Source of the DNA: Octopus sinensis
Taxonomy: Eukaryota
DNA: 29,051 bases
Direction: 5' to 3'
Assembly (NCBI RefSeq): GCF_006345805.1
Contig: NW_021833184.1
Span: 1 to 29,051 of the forward strand
Made by a program: the position numbers and the translations under genes
Part shown: positions 12,391 through 23,467 of the stretch, one piece after another
Numbering within the stretch: position 1 is the stretch's first letter
How the letters are laid out: each line of letters opens with the position of its first letter
Notes under the pieces: generated by a model
The model's database searches: none
Told to the model about the DNA's origin: nothing
What the model saw: the letters and a program-made list of their open reading frames with translations, nothing else

Positions 12391-12946
12391 GAGTGAGAGA
12401 GTAGTGTATGCCATCAAAGTGACACTGGGGTACAATATATGAAGCCCAGTATACCCATCATGACTACCCGTCTGATAAGGGTACACCAGGCACATGCATC
12501 ACAACCATATAAGCGCGACATGGTGATCTCATATCAAGATAAACAGCGCATGAACTTGCAGGTGGGGCCCAGTTAGAATTTTCTTCTGGTCGAGTAACCC
12601 ATCCTCCTCAAAAAGGTCCCTGAATAAGGGTTGTTTAAGGGTATTGAAGGAAACACCCATGTTTCCAGAGGTGAATTATTCAGACCCCAAAGAATTCCTC
12701 TCAACACACAGCTATGATCCTCCCCCACTATTTCTACTCGTGATCAGAGATGCACATATCGTCAGCCATTAAGGAACATGCCCAACTGGTTAAGGTCAAA
12801 CAACTGACAAGCAAATCTGTGGTATTGAGCAGAATATTTGCTGTAGCCCATCTTTTATACCAAGACAAAACAATGTACATGATAACACTTCCAATCAGTT
12901 AAGATCAGAAGCCATGAGAGCCACTGCCTGGTACTGCATTAAGGCC
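12391..12946. mobile_element. ~555-bp non-coding element in (TTA)n, copy 1
   Basis: Direct, end-to-end, highly similar to 15281-15834; (tta)n on both sides; no long ORF. Confidence 0.85.
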
Positions 12947-12984
12947 TCTATTATTATTATTATTATTATTATTTTTATTGTGAT

Positions 12985-13270
12985 GATGCATAGCTTAGTG
13001 GTTAGGGTGTTGCACTCATGATCTAGCAATTGTGATTTCAATTCCTAGACTGGATGGTGCGCTGTGTTCTTGAGCAAAACACTTCATCTCATGTTGCTCT
13101 GTGATTGCTTTCATACCTGATGTGTGGTACACCTGTGCACCTGTTCAGTCCACGTTGATTTGATGGAAAGACTGAGCTAATATCCAGCACATACATTTGA
13201 TCACTATAAACAAATTATTTGTGCAGGTCGTTCGGTAAAAGCTGAACACTCTTATGTCATCTTTGATGCT
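12985..13270 (+). mobile_element. SINE family C-related
   Basis: gcttagtggttagggtgttgcactcatgat...gtgttcttgagcaaaacactt head. Confidence 0.75.
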
Positions 13271-13335
13271 AGAGTCCATTATTATTATTATTATTATTAT
13301 TATTGAAATAAATAAGTACCAGTTGAACACTACAC

Positions 13336-13478
13336 TCTGGGTTCAGATTCTACCAGGATCAACTTAGCCTCTCATCTTTTGGAGGTTGATGAAATAAGTA
13401 CCAGTTGAACACTGGGGTCAATGTAATCAACTTATCCCCTCCCTGAAATTGCTGGCCTGTGCCAAAATTTGAAGCCAT
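13336..13478 (+). mobile_element. SINE family A, diverged fragment
   Basis: ataagtaccagttgaacactggggtcaatgtaatc...gtgccaaaatttgaa; ataagtaccagttgaacact is also duplicated at ~13312. Confidence 0.7.
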
Positions 13479-13515
13479 TATTATGACTTATTATTATTAT
13501 TATCATTATTATTAT

Positions 13516-13547
<32 letters not shown>

Positions 13548-13799
13548 ATAGTAGTAGTGGAGTAGTATTATTGTCTTTCTACTTTCAATTTTGTTTCCAT
13601 TTCTTGTCGAGTGTCTTCCCACTGTATACATTGGTAGGCCATTAAAATAAACACCCCAGATTATTTGTTTATGAAGTCAAATTATGTGATCAGAAAAAAA
13701 GGGAAAAAGAAAGAAAGAAAAAAGGAAAAGATAAAAATAGAGAAAAGAATGAAAAAAAGAAAACAAAAGAAATAGTGGTGAGGAAAGATAATTCACAGT

Positions 13800-14790
13800 G
13801 ACAATGCTCTTCTCTATAATTGTGACATACCAGTTAAAACAATATTTTGCACTTCCTGCATGGATGGTAAGCCAGGTATCATCTTCAAATAATTTTCAGT
13901 TCCTCTTATTTTAGATCATGGTTGAGTCCATAAAATAGGATTTGACTACACCACCGTTTAGAGCACAGTTTAAGCTATCTTTTCATGGAAGAAGGTTTAT
14001 GTTCCTATAACCTGTGTTAATTCTGTAACCCTTTAAAATGGAAGATAAGAAAGTTCATTTTCGGCACTTGATGCTTTGGGAACCAGACAAAAATTGCTGC
14101 AGCTTGGCTGGGATGTGTTACCCCACCCTCCATATTCACCAGATATTGCTCCTTCAGATTTCCACTTATTCAGGTCTCTGCAGAATAGTCTTAATGGTAA
14201 AACTTTCAATTCCTTGGATGACGTAAAAAGATACCTTGATGAATTCTTTGCCATGAAAGCACCTCAATTCTGGGAAGAGGGTATTTTCAAGTTAAAGGAA
14301 ATATGAAAACGCATTGTGCAACAAAATGGTTCATATTTGGTTGATTAAAAATGTAATGGCAAGTATTTATTGACCTTTTTCTTTCCTTTAAAAATCGGCA
14401 CGAACTTTCCGAACAACCCAATATTTTCTGAGCTTATCAAATTCTTTTGCTGAGATATTATGGTCACAACATATGCTCATGTCAATCAATAAACAGATTT
14501 TATTGTTTTGGTCTTTAACAACAATATCTGGTTCATTAGCTTTGATGGACCAGTCTGTACATACTGGAAAGTTCCAAAGAATCATTGCATTTTCTCCCTC
14601 AGTTACAGCCTCAGGGTGATGCTTATATCATTTGTCTGGAATTTTAATTTCATAATGCCAACATATTGACCAGTGTAGATATTGGCCAACTCTGTCATGT
14701 TTTAATTCATACTCTACAGGTGCTTAAACTTTTCATCCAGATTAAGTGGTCATTGTTGCAGTATCGGCATTTTGGGTCTACTCCATTTTT
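13800..14790 (-). mobile_element. R4/Dong-type LINE 3' fragment (Zn knuckle + restriction-like endonuclease), interrupted by a mariner
   Basis: DPKCRYC...KHDRVGQYLHW...ILWNFPVCTDWSIKANEPDIVVKD...LLIDMS...KLRKY, resuming at ~13920 as GTENYLKMIPGLPSMQEVQNIVLTG..RRALS. Confidence 0.88.
13930..14423 (+). mobile_element. Internally deleted mariner
   Basis: N-terminus MEDKKVHFRHLMLWE (14038) is fused at ~14082 to TRQKLLQLGWDVLPHPPYSPDIAPSDFHLFRSLQN... The right TIR-like end ...cgaactttccgaacaacccaa is followed by TA at 14422-14423. The left TIR is missing. Confidence 0.92.
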
Positions 14791-14848
14791 AATCACTTAT
14801 TATTATTATTATTATTATTATTGTTATTGTTATTGTTATAATTATTCT

Positions 14849-14894
<46 letters not shown>

Positions 14895-14959
14895 TCATCA
14901 CTGTTCAGTGTTTGGTAGATGAAGGCAAATATCTACACTTCTATGTTGCTGGAGTGTGT

Positions 14960-15222
14960 TCTGCTGTTGGGAGTATACAAACTCCTCCCCATACTGTATT
15001 GTGTTACTTTTTGTTTTTCCTTGAGGCGTGGTGATGTGTTTTGTTGTGTTACTGCTTGTATTGTGTTTTGGGTGTGTAATGCTTTGGTTTTCTAGCTTGC
15101 TGGTGGGAGTTTATTTCCCTGGGTAAATGCTGTATAGAGTGTCTTGTATTAGTGTGTTATTTTGTTTAGGTTTGATAGTGTCTTGCATAGGATGGGGGCT
15201 GTTCTTAACTGGGCTATATCAT
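14960..15222 (-). mobile_element. Extreme 3' end of another R4/Dong-type LINE
   Basis: IAQLRTAPILCKTLS matches the I.LLGTAHILR..LS terminus also seen at ~15990, followed by a probable 3' UTR. Confidence 0.65.
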
Positions 15223-15280
15223 TATTAATGTTTTTGTTGTTGTTGTTGTTGTTGTTGTCGTTGTTGTTGTTATTATTATT

Positions 15281-15834
15281 GGGTGAGAGAGCAGTGTATG
15301 CCATCAAAGTGACACTGGGGTAAAATATACAAAGCCCAGTATACCCATCATGACTACCCATCTTATAAGGGTACACCAGGCATATGCATCACAATCATAA
15401 GAGCGCGACATGATGATCTCATATCAAGATAAACAGTGCATGACCTTGCAGGTGAGGCCCAGTTAGAATTTTCTTCTGGTCGAGTAACCCATCCTCCTCA
15501 AAAAGGTCCCTGAATAAGGGTTGTTTAAGGGTATTGAATGAAACACTCATGTTTCCAGAGGTGAATTATTCAGACCCAAAGAATCCCTCTCAACACATGG
15601 CTATGATGCTTCCCCACTACTTCTACTCGTGATCAGAGATGCACATATCATCAGCCACTAATAGACATGCTCAACTGGTTAAGGTCAAACATCTGACAAG
15701 CAAATCTGTGGTATTGAGCAGAATATTTGCTGTAGGCCATCTCTTATACCAAGACAAAACAATGTACATGATAACACTTCCAATCAGTTAAGATCAGAAC
15801 CAAGAGAGCCACTGCCTAGTACTACATCAGGGCA
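15281..15834. mobile_element. ~555-bp non-coding element in (TTA)n, copy 2
   Basis: Same termini as copy 1; flanked by (ttg)n(tta)n and (tta)n. Confidence 0.85.
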
Positions 15835-15835
15835 G

Positions 15836-15881
<46 letters not shown>

Positions 15882-15882
<1 letters not shown>

Positions 15883-17240
15883 GAAAGACTCTCATATAAT
15901 TCTTAATTACTGGTTATTCTTTAGCTGAAAGCAGGCAATGACAAATTACCAAAGGTTTCGAGTAGTGCCTTCTCCTGTGACTCAATACTCTCTTTAGAAT
16001 GTGAGCTGTACTTAACAATTCTGGCTTCTGGATCACTTCAAGCCTGACAGCAGCTCCAATATTCTTAATATTCTTTTCAAAGCCCTTGGAAACTGCTCCT
16101 AATGCTCCAATTACCACCGGTATCACCATTACTTTCTTCATGCCCCATAACTTTCCTATTTCATCCTGCAGTGGATGGTATTTCTCAGTCTTTTCTGCTT
16201 CCTTACATTTCACCCTCGATTTTCCTGGTATTGCAACATCTGTTATCTTTACTTCTTTTTCATTTTTATGGACGAGCATGATATCTGGTCATCTTGCCTC
16301 TATGACTTGGTTGCACTGTGTGTTAAAATCCCAGGGTATTTTGTAATGTTCATTTTCCATTACTCCTTCTGGCTTGTGCTCATATCATTGTTCAGGTCTC
16401 TTGAGGTTTGCTTTACCACACAACAGCCAGTGGACATATCTGGCCACATGTCTCCTTTTGTATTCGCATTGTGCGAGCTTACAGCACTCACTAACAATAT
16501 GGCTTATACTTTCTCCCTTCTCAGAGCACATCCTACACTGTGATGAGTCAGTGCTTTTATCAATGTGATATCTGGAGTAATTTGTTCTGAGAACTTGTTC
16601 CTGAGCACTGCACACTAATGCTTCAGTGGGCCCTTTTAAGTCACCTTTCTGCAGTCATTGCCAGGTTCTATTCCAATTAATCTCATCTTTATTCTTCAAG
16701 AACTGACTGTGCATTTTCTTTTCCTGCCAAATTTTCTTCATCTTTTCTGTCTGATCTTTCTTAAATCATATTGGATTTACGGTTTTGTTCACTTTTAAGG
16801 TTCCCTGCATTTTCACTGCTTCAATCATTTCTTCTTTACTCTCTTCCACATACCAAACCAGGCTATTCTCCTCTTCCCTTACACAACCTTCACAACACAC
16901 CAATCCCCGTCCTCCTTCTTTCCTCTTTACATACAATCTTGACACATCACTCTAGGAGTGTAGTTCCTTGTTCATTGTCATTAATTTACGTGTTCTCCTA
17001 TCTAGCTCTTGTGATTCCTGCTCCTTCCAAGATACGATTCCTACCCCATGTCTCATCAAAGCAATCGTCCACATGTTCGTTCTAATCTTATAGCGACCAT
17101 CTTGTGTTCATTCATCTTATCTTTTCCAATGATACCTAGATACTTATATCGTTCCTCTGTGGGACCCCTGACAGCAGACCACTGCCTGATCTCAGAGAAT
17201 CTACCAGAGCAAGCAAGACTGAGCACTTGGAGAAGTAAAA
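15882..17240 (-). mobile_element. R4/Dong-type LINE, 5'-truncated and decayed (RT C-terminus, CCHC knuckle, restriction-like endonuclease)
   Basis: YKYLGI; ELDRRTRKLMTM...SDVSRLYVKRKEGGRGL; CRMCSEKGESISHIVSEC; RRHVARYVHW; PDIMLV...ITDVAIP...EKY..L...VIPVVIGALG. The 3' end abuts (TAA)n. Confidence 0.93.
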
Positions 17241-17491
17241 CATTAATAATAATAATCAGCAAAAGCCATGGTCTTGTAACTGAATTACCAAAAGTTCATA
17301 TTATAGAGTAATTTTATAATGCATTCTTTCTCTGTACCAGCAACTGCAGCACTGTACACCTTGGAGTACAAGCAGTGGTGTGCTTCAGTTTTCAATCTGT
17401 TTTTTTTATTGTATTAAAAGTACTCAATGCAATGTGTGTGCAGTATCATATTCTGTATGATGTGTGTGTGTGTGTATGGATGGATAGATAT

Positions 17492-17836
17492 AGGTGCAGG
17501 CATGGCTGTGTGGTAAGAAGCAATGCTTAGTGGTATTTCGTCTGCCGCTAGGTTCTGAGTTCAAATTCCACCAAGGTCGACTTTGCCATTCATCCTTTCA
17601 GGGTCGATAAATTAAGTACCAGTTATGCACTGGGGACGATGTAATTGACTTAATCTCTTTGTCCTTGTTTGTCCCCTCTATGTTTAGCCCCTTGTGGGTA
17701 AGAATGAAATGAGAAGCTTGTTTCCCAACTACATGATTCTGGGTTCAGTTCTACTGCATGGCACCTTAGGTATGTGTCTTCTACTCTAGCCTTGGACTGA
17801 TCAAAGCCGTCTGAGTAAATTTGGTAGATGGAAACT
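17492..17836 (+). mobile_element. SINE family B with a nested, 5'-truncated family A SINE (17522-17711)
   Basis: The family B head resumes after the insert; agaagc is duplicated at 17516-17521 and 17712-17717. Confidence 0.85.
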
Positions 17837-17844
17837 ATATATAT

Positions 17845-18158
17845 ACTCTGTGCTTGAGGAGACCTATTGAGTCAAGTACATCAACATGAAAATAAAAATC
17901 AAATGGCATCCATGCCAGTGGCATGTAAAAAGCAGCATTGCCAGCCCCCTCTGGCCCCTGTGCCAGTGGCACGTAAAAAGCACCCCCTATACTCACGGAG
18001 TGGTTGGCATTAGGAAGGGCATCCAGCTGTAGAAACACTGCCAGATGAGAATGGAGCCTGGTGCAGCCTCCTGGCTTCCCAGACCTCGGTTGAACCGTCC
18101 AATTCATGCCAGCATGGAAAACGGACGTTAAACACATGATGATGATGATGATGATGAT
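17845..18158 (+). mobile_element. RTE-type 3' UTR/tail ending in (GAT)n
   Basis: ggcattaggaagggcatccagctgtagaaac...catgccagcatggaaaacggacgttaaac(gat)n. Confidence 0.8.
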
Positions 18159-18164
18159 ATACAT

Positions 18165-18325
18165 CAGGCTTCTTTCAGTTTCCGTCTACCAAATTCACTC
18201 ACAAGGTTTTGGTTGGCCTGAGGCTATAGTAGAAGACACTCGCCCAAAGTGCCACGCAGTGAGACTGAACCCTGAACCATGTGGTTGGGAAGCAAGCTTC
18301 TTACCGCACAGCCACACCTGTGCCT
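18165..18325 (-). mobile_element. SINE family B, 5' part
   Basis: Reverse complement of the family B head. Confidence 0.88.
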
Positions 18326-18580
18326 ATATATAAAATGTCTAATCACATCCTATTTCTGTGTTGTGAATGAAGTTGCTGGGGTTTCTATTCAATATCCATC
18401 TGAACTGTTATTTTAGTCATTCCCAAAGACTCTAATTTTTTATAGAAAATTATTTCAGACATTTCACCTCCACTGTAACCATGACCACCACCATTTTGGT
18501 TATCTTTATTTCCAGATCTTTTTGTTTGGAGAATTACTTTTGGAGATGCATAACTATCTGTTAGAGCACACGTCCTTTAA

Positions 18581-18800
18581 CCCTTTCGTTACTGTATTTA
18601 TTTTGAGATGTTCTGTGTTTCTTTCAATTATTTTAAATATAACAAATAATTTAGTAAAACAACTTAGTTATCATTAAGCTAGTATTAGGAATATAGATTG
18701 CTACAAAGTTTGGTGGTATATTTTGATGCAAAACTTATGAAAACAAGACATTTGTACTACAGAGCCAGAGCCGGTTTTGGCCGGGTTGGTAACGAAAGGG
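18581..18800. mobile_element. piggyBac-type MITE, 220 bp
   Basis: Perfect 12-bp TIR ccctttcgttac/gtaacgaaaggg, with TTAA at 18577-18580 and 18801-18804. Removing it restores homology to 19324-19398. Confidence 0.93.
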
Positions 18801-19323
18801 TTAAGGAAGCACATAAGATTGGAATGAAACATTATTTGTATGATGATGATAATGATCACTTATAACCATCATGTGTTGTCTAGACAAGTGTACACACACA
18901 CACACACACAAACGTTCATACAGACATATATATACACAACAGGATTCCACACAGTTTCCATGTATGAAATCCACTTGAAACGCATTGGTCAACCTGTGCC
19001 TATGGTATCAGAGAATGTAGAAAATTATTGCCTCCCCTATATTCATCATCATCATCATCATTTAATGTCCACTTTCCACTTGCATGGGTTGGACGAGACA
19101 TGTTGCGAGAGATTCTTCTACAGATGGATGCCCTTCCTGTCACCAACCTTCACCTGTTTCCAGTCAAAGTAATATTCCTCTATGGCTAAACAGGGGTTTC
19201 CATTCCCCACCCACCTGAAATGTTATTTTAATCATTCCCAAAAGCCCTTGTTATTACAGACAATTACTTCAGACTCACCACCACCACCAATGCCACCACC
19301 ATTTTGGTTATCTCTATTTCCAG

Positions 19324-19423
19324 ATCTTTCTATTTGGAGAATTACTTTCAGAGATATGTTACCATTTGTTAGAACACACATCCATTGAAGAAGCACATCT
19401 ATCTTTGGTACTCCTAGTAGTAC
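19324..19423 (+). other. Candidate exon (one of three related copies)
   Basis: Acceptor tctctatttccag and donor tac|gtatgt; phase-0 frame IFLFGELLSEICYHLLEHTSIEEAHLSLVLLVV. Product unrecognised. Confidence 0.35.
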
Positions 19424-19678
19424 GTATGTTCCTTGATAACACTATCTGGCAGATTGATCTGGATTTTCTTTCGAATGAATAATCTTACACCAAAATATGG
19501 ACATTTTGGAAGTTTCTGACATTTTTCTGCTCCATCTTCCTCTACCTTGTTCTGTTGAAGTTCTTATATTGTTGTTAGTATTATCAAATATTTCTTATAC
19601 TATGATACATTATTACTTTGAATCTCGTACCCCACACCCCTAACTGACGTCTCTGTGGCAAATACAAGAAATCATTAT

Positions 19679-19710
<32 letters not shown>

Positions 19711-20894
19711 TCATCATCATTATAGTTCACGTTAGCAACAGCGCTGGTGGTGGTGGTGATGGTGGTAGCAGTAGAGGAAGCTGTAGAAATATTGCTGTCA
19801 AATCTACCCGTTATCTACCCGGATACATGACAGCTTAACTGAAGAAGCTGTGGTGTTTATATGTATATATATAGAGAGATTATTTCTGGTTGTATGGTCT
19901 TTAATTCTTAAATGATAACAACACACACACAGACTTGCTGTTTGCATCCTACCAAACATATATATACACACATACACATGCACACATAAAGCTTCTTATA
20001 AATGCTTGTGTAAGCAGCACCCATACACATACACGTGTCTGTGTGTCTATTGTGTCTATTTATGTTATATATTATATATATATATATAACATATATATAT
20101 GTATATATATATAAAATATGTATGTATATATATGTATATATATGTATATATATAGTGAAGTATAGAGAGAGATATGTAACTTCGAGGAATATCTAAAAGC
20201 CATTTGAAACATTACCTGATACAGAACTCTTTAAGGATTTTAGCATTAAATATTTTTTAAATGTTTCTTTGTATTTATTATTGGTTTGTGTGTGTGTGTG
20301 TGCTCACAAGTATATGTATATGTATAGGTAGATGAGTGTGTGTATGTTTTTACACATACACAAATGCATGTGTATATATATTTATAGTGTGTGTGTGTGT
20401 GTGTGTGTGTATGTATATGCTCTCAAGTATTTGCATATACCTATTTATATGTATAAGTAGATGTTTGTGAGTGTGTATACCGACACACACAGAAACACAC
20501 ACACAAATGTATGCGTATATATGGCTGCCTCAGACAAACTTTTACAAAGGCTTTCTGTCCCTATCTCATTTGATTGTTACATGTAGATATCCTTCGAGAG
20601 AATTTTAAGGTGGGGCATTTAAGCTTATGACGTCGCATGATCCTCATCATCAGCATCCTCCACTTTGTCACCATCCTCCCTCCTCCCCTTCCTCCTCTCC
20701 TCCTCCTCATCATCAACATCGTCATCATTATCTCCATCATCAACATAACATTGTCTCAGATTTTATACTTTCTTTGTTACACATAAAAATTATCAGCATT
20801 GACATCTTCTAATTGGTCTCATGTGATACTTTTATTGGTGTGTGTGTGTGTGTGTGTAACAAGTCCCTCCACACACACACACACACACACACAC

Positions 20895-21400
20895 ACCATC
20901 ATCATCGTCATCGTTTAACGTCCATTTTCCATGCTGGCATGGGTTGGATGGTTTGACTGAGGTCTGGAGAACCAGCGGCTGCACCAGGCACCAATTTGAT
21001 CTGGTAATGTTTCTACAGCGTAGTGGGTGCTTTTTATGTACCACCATCACAGGAGTCATTCAAGAAGGTCTGCCATTGATCATGTTCGGATGGTGCTTTT
21101 TACGTGCCACCAGCACGGCAACCAGTCAGGGAGTACTGGCATTGGTCACATCATGCAGTCTACCTTTCATCCTGAACGAGAGGCCCTTAGTTTGCCCAGG
21201 CTATTCTTATTCTAGCTGCTACACTCTCAGAGCAACCACACCCACTACAGACTTGGTCGTCTAGGTAGCGAAATTTATCAACTACTTCTAGTTTTTCTCC
21301 CTGGCATGTGATGGAATCGGTTTTCTGTATATCTTCAGTGTTTATTTCCCCTGTGCAACTGCCACACACAAAAACTATCTTCCTAGTTTGCCTTCCTTTG
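20895..21400 (-). mobile_element. RTE LINE remnant (RT fragment plus 3' tail)
   Basis: CQGEKLEVVDKFRYLDDQVCSGCGCSESVAARIRIAWAN is the RTE RT F.YLG...RI..AW region; joined to the (GAT)n-tailed UTR. Confidence 0.85.
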
Positions 21401-21570
21401 ATATTGCTACCAGGGCACTGTTGATTCAGGTAGCTGGGACCTCAATTGGGTCAACCTTCAGTGGGCTCTCCTCCTCCCATTCATTCTCTACATTTAGCAA
21501 TCTTTCATAATGGCATCATGCACACATGCATCTATCTATCTATCTATCTAACTTTTTGTCTGTTTGTCTG

Positions 21571-21639
<69 letters not shown>

Positions 21640-21657
21640 GTATCTGTGTGTGTGTGT

Positions 21658-21716
<59 letters not shown>

Positions 21717-21717
<1 letters not shown>

Positions 21718-22048
21718 TCTTTACTCTTTCACTGGTTTCAATCATTTGACTGCGGCCATGCTGGAGCACTGCCTTTAGTTGAGAAAATCAAAGTAACACA
21801 CCAGCATTGGTTGTCAAGTGATGCTGCGGGGGACAAACACAGACCCACAAACGTATACACACACACATATATACATACATACATATATATATATACGACA
21901 GGCTTCTTTCAGTTTCCTTCTACCAAATCGACTCACAAGGCTTTGGTCGGCCCAAGGCTATAGCAGAAGACACTCACCCAAGTTGCCACGCAGTGGGACT
22001 AAACTCGGAACCATGTGGTTGGTTAGCAAGCTACTTACCACACAACCA
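21717..22048 (-). mobile_element. SINE family B, internally deleted
   Basis: Tail, internal microsatellite and head are all reverse complements of family B. Confidence 0.85.
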
Positions 22049-22890
22049 CTTGTAGATAAACATTTCACATGCATATATAGATACAAGCAATTATTTAACA
22101 GGCACAACCTAAGGGTCTCCTCTAGTTGTGCACCTAATGTAAAAAGCATTTTAACAAGCACCCACAATACAAGGGAGGAGGCAGGTTGTTCTTGCAGGCT
22201 ATAAATTAACTGTCCACTAGGAAGCCGATGCAAGGCTGAAGGAGTCATCTATGAAGCTATGATGACACCTAGACCTGCTATCCACATTAGCAGCAATGTA
22301 CCATCCAACAACAGTATTAGCAGATTAACCAGATCAAATGCCAGTACAATCATTACAGCCTGAGATGATGACCAGTCCAAGACCAGCATCACAGAGGATG
22401 TAACCAATAACCTCAGCACCACTGCCACAGATGCTGAACAAACCATTATCATAGACACAGATAGAGTGACCAAACCTGCACCATATGGTACCACAAGTAC
22501 AATCGCCGTACCTAGAGATGATGACCAATCCAGGAGCAACAACACAGAGGAGGTATCCAGCATTCTCACTAACACCACCACAGATGATGACCAAGCAATT
22601 ATCATTGACACTGATGGGATGACCAGCCGCACACTATATGTTACCACCAGCCAAACCAGCACTAATGCTGGCAGCTACATTACCAACCATATGACCAGAA
22701 AAACTGCTGGATCATCACACCATATAGATAGCATCAGCAACGGTGTTAACAGCAGCATCCCCAGGCCTGGAGCCTAGCAAAGATATACCAGGAGTGTGAA
22801 TATAGCCATATCTCAGGTTTATGAATATATCGGATCAGCTAGGACATCTTTCAAATGACGCTTCTGCAACCACCAGTCACCCTTTGGTTT
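22049..22890 (+). mobile_element. Penelope-like element remnant: linker + GIY-YIG endonuclease with a large in-frame insert
   Basis: Single frame with no frameshifts: LVDKHF...KQLFNRHNLRVSSSCAPNVKSIL...CSCRL*INCPLGSRCKAEGVIYEA [insert] VYEYIGSARTSFK*RFCNHQSPF. Four point stops. Confidence 0.88.
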
Positions 22891-22910
22891 GTTGACTTTA
22901 ACCCTATTTT

Positions 22911-23456
22911 TCAAGTATCCATGATTGAGACCTTTTTGCACCCAGCCATTCAAAGCAGACCTCACACATGGTTCCAGCAAAATGGGGCAACTGCTCATAT
23001 TTTGAGAGAAACAATGCAGTTGCTACAGCAGTGCTTTGGAGAGAGAATAATCTCCCACTTCCAGCAATGTCAACTGGCCTTCCCCAGACTTGACTGGCCC
23101 AGATTTTTTCTTGTAGGGATGCCTTAAAGAGAGGGTTTACATCAACAAACCAGAGACCCTGGTGCAACTGAAGAAGAACATCAATAGAGAAATCAGAGAA
23201 GTGGTGTCTGAAACTCTTGAGGGTGTTATGATGCAAGTTTTGGAAAGAGCATAACGGGCATGTGTAGCTGAAAATGACTGCCACATTTAAGCAATGTCAT
23301 CTTTCAAATGTGATGTAGGGGTGTTGGAAAATTTGACTTGTGAATATTAATTTCCATTCTGTCCTTTATATTGTATCAAAATTCCCTGCATTTATTTGTA
23401 AAGTTAAGGAAGTTATTAAAAATTGAAACCCATCAGTGACTTTTGGGACACCCTAT
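22911..23456 (+). mobile_element. Tc1/mariner DD41D (rosa-like) 3' remnant with right end
   Basis: WFQQNGATAH...GERIISH...HLSNVIFQM*; ends ttttgggacaccc followed by TA. Homologous to 3473-3972. Confidence 0.87.
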
Positions 23457-23467
23457 ATATATATACT

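Noticed and set aside
22202-22858. In-frame stops in the Penelope-like ORF as possible selenocysteine codons (reported in some Naiad elements)
   Set aside because: Two stops are TAA/TAG, the two TGAs are not at conserved Cys positions, and no SECIS was seen. Ordinary decay explains them.
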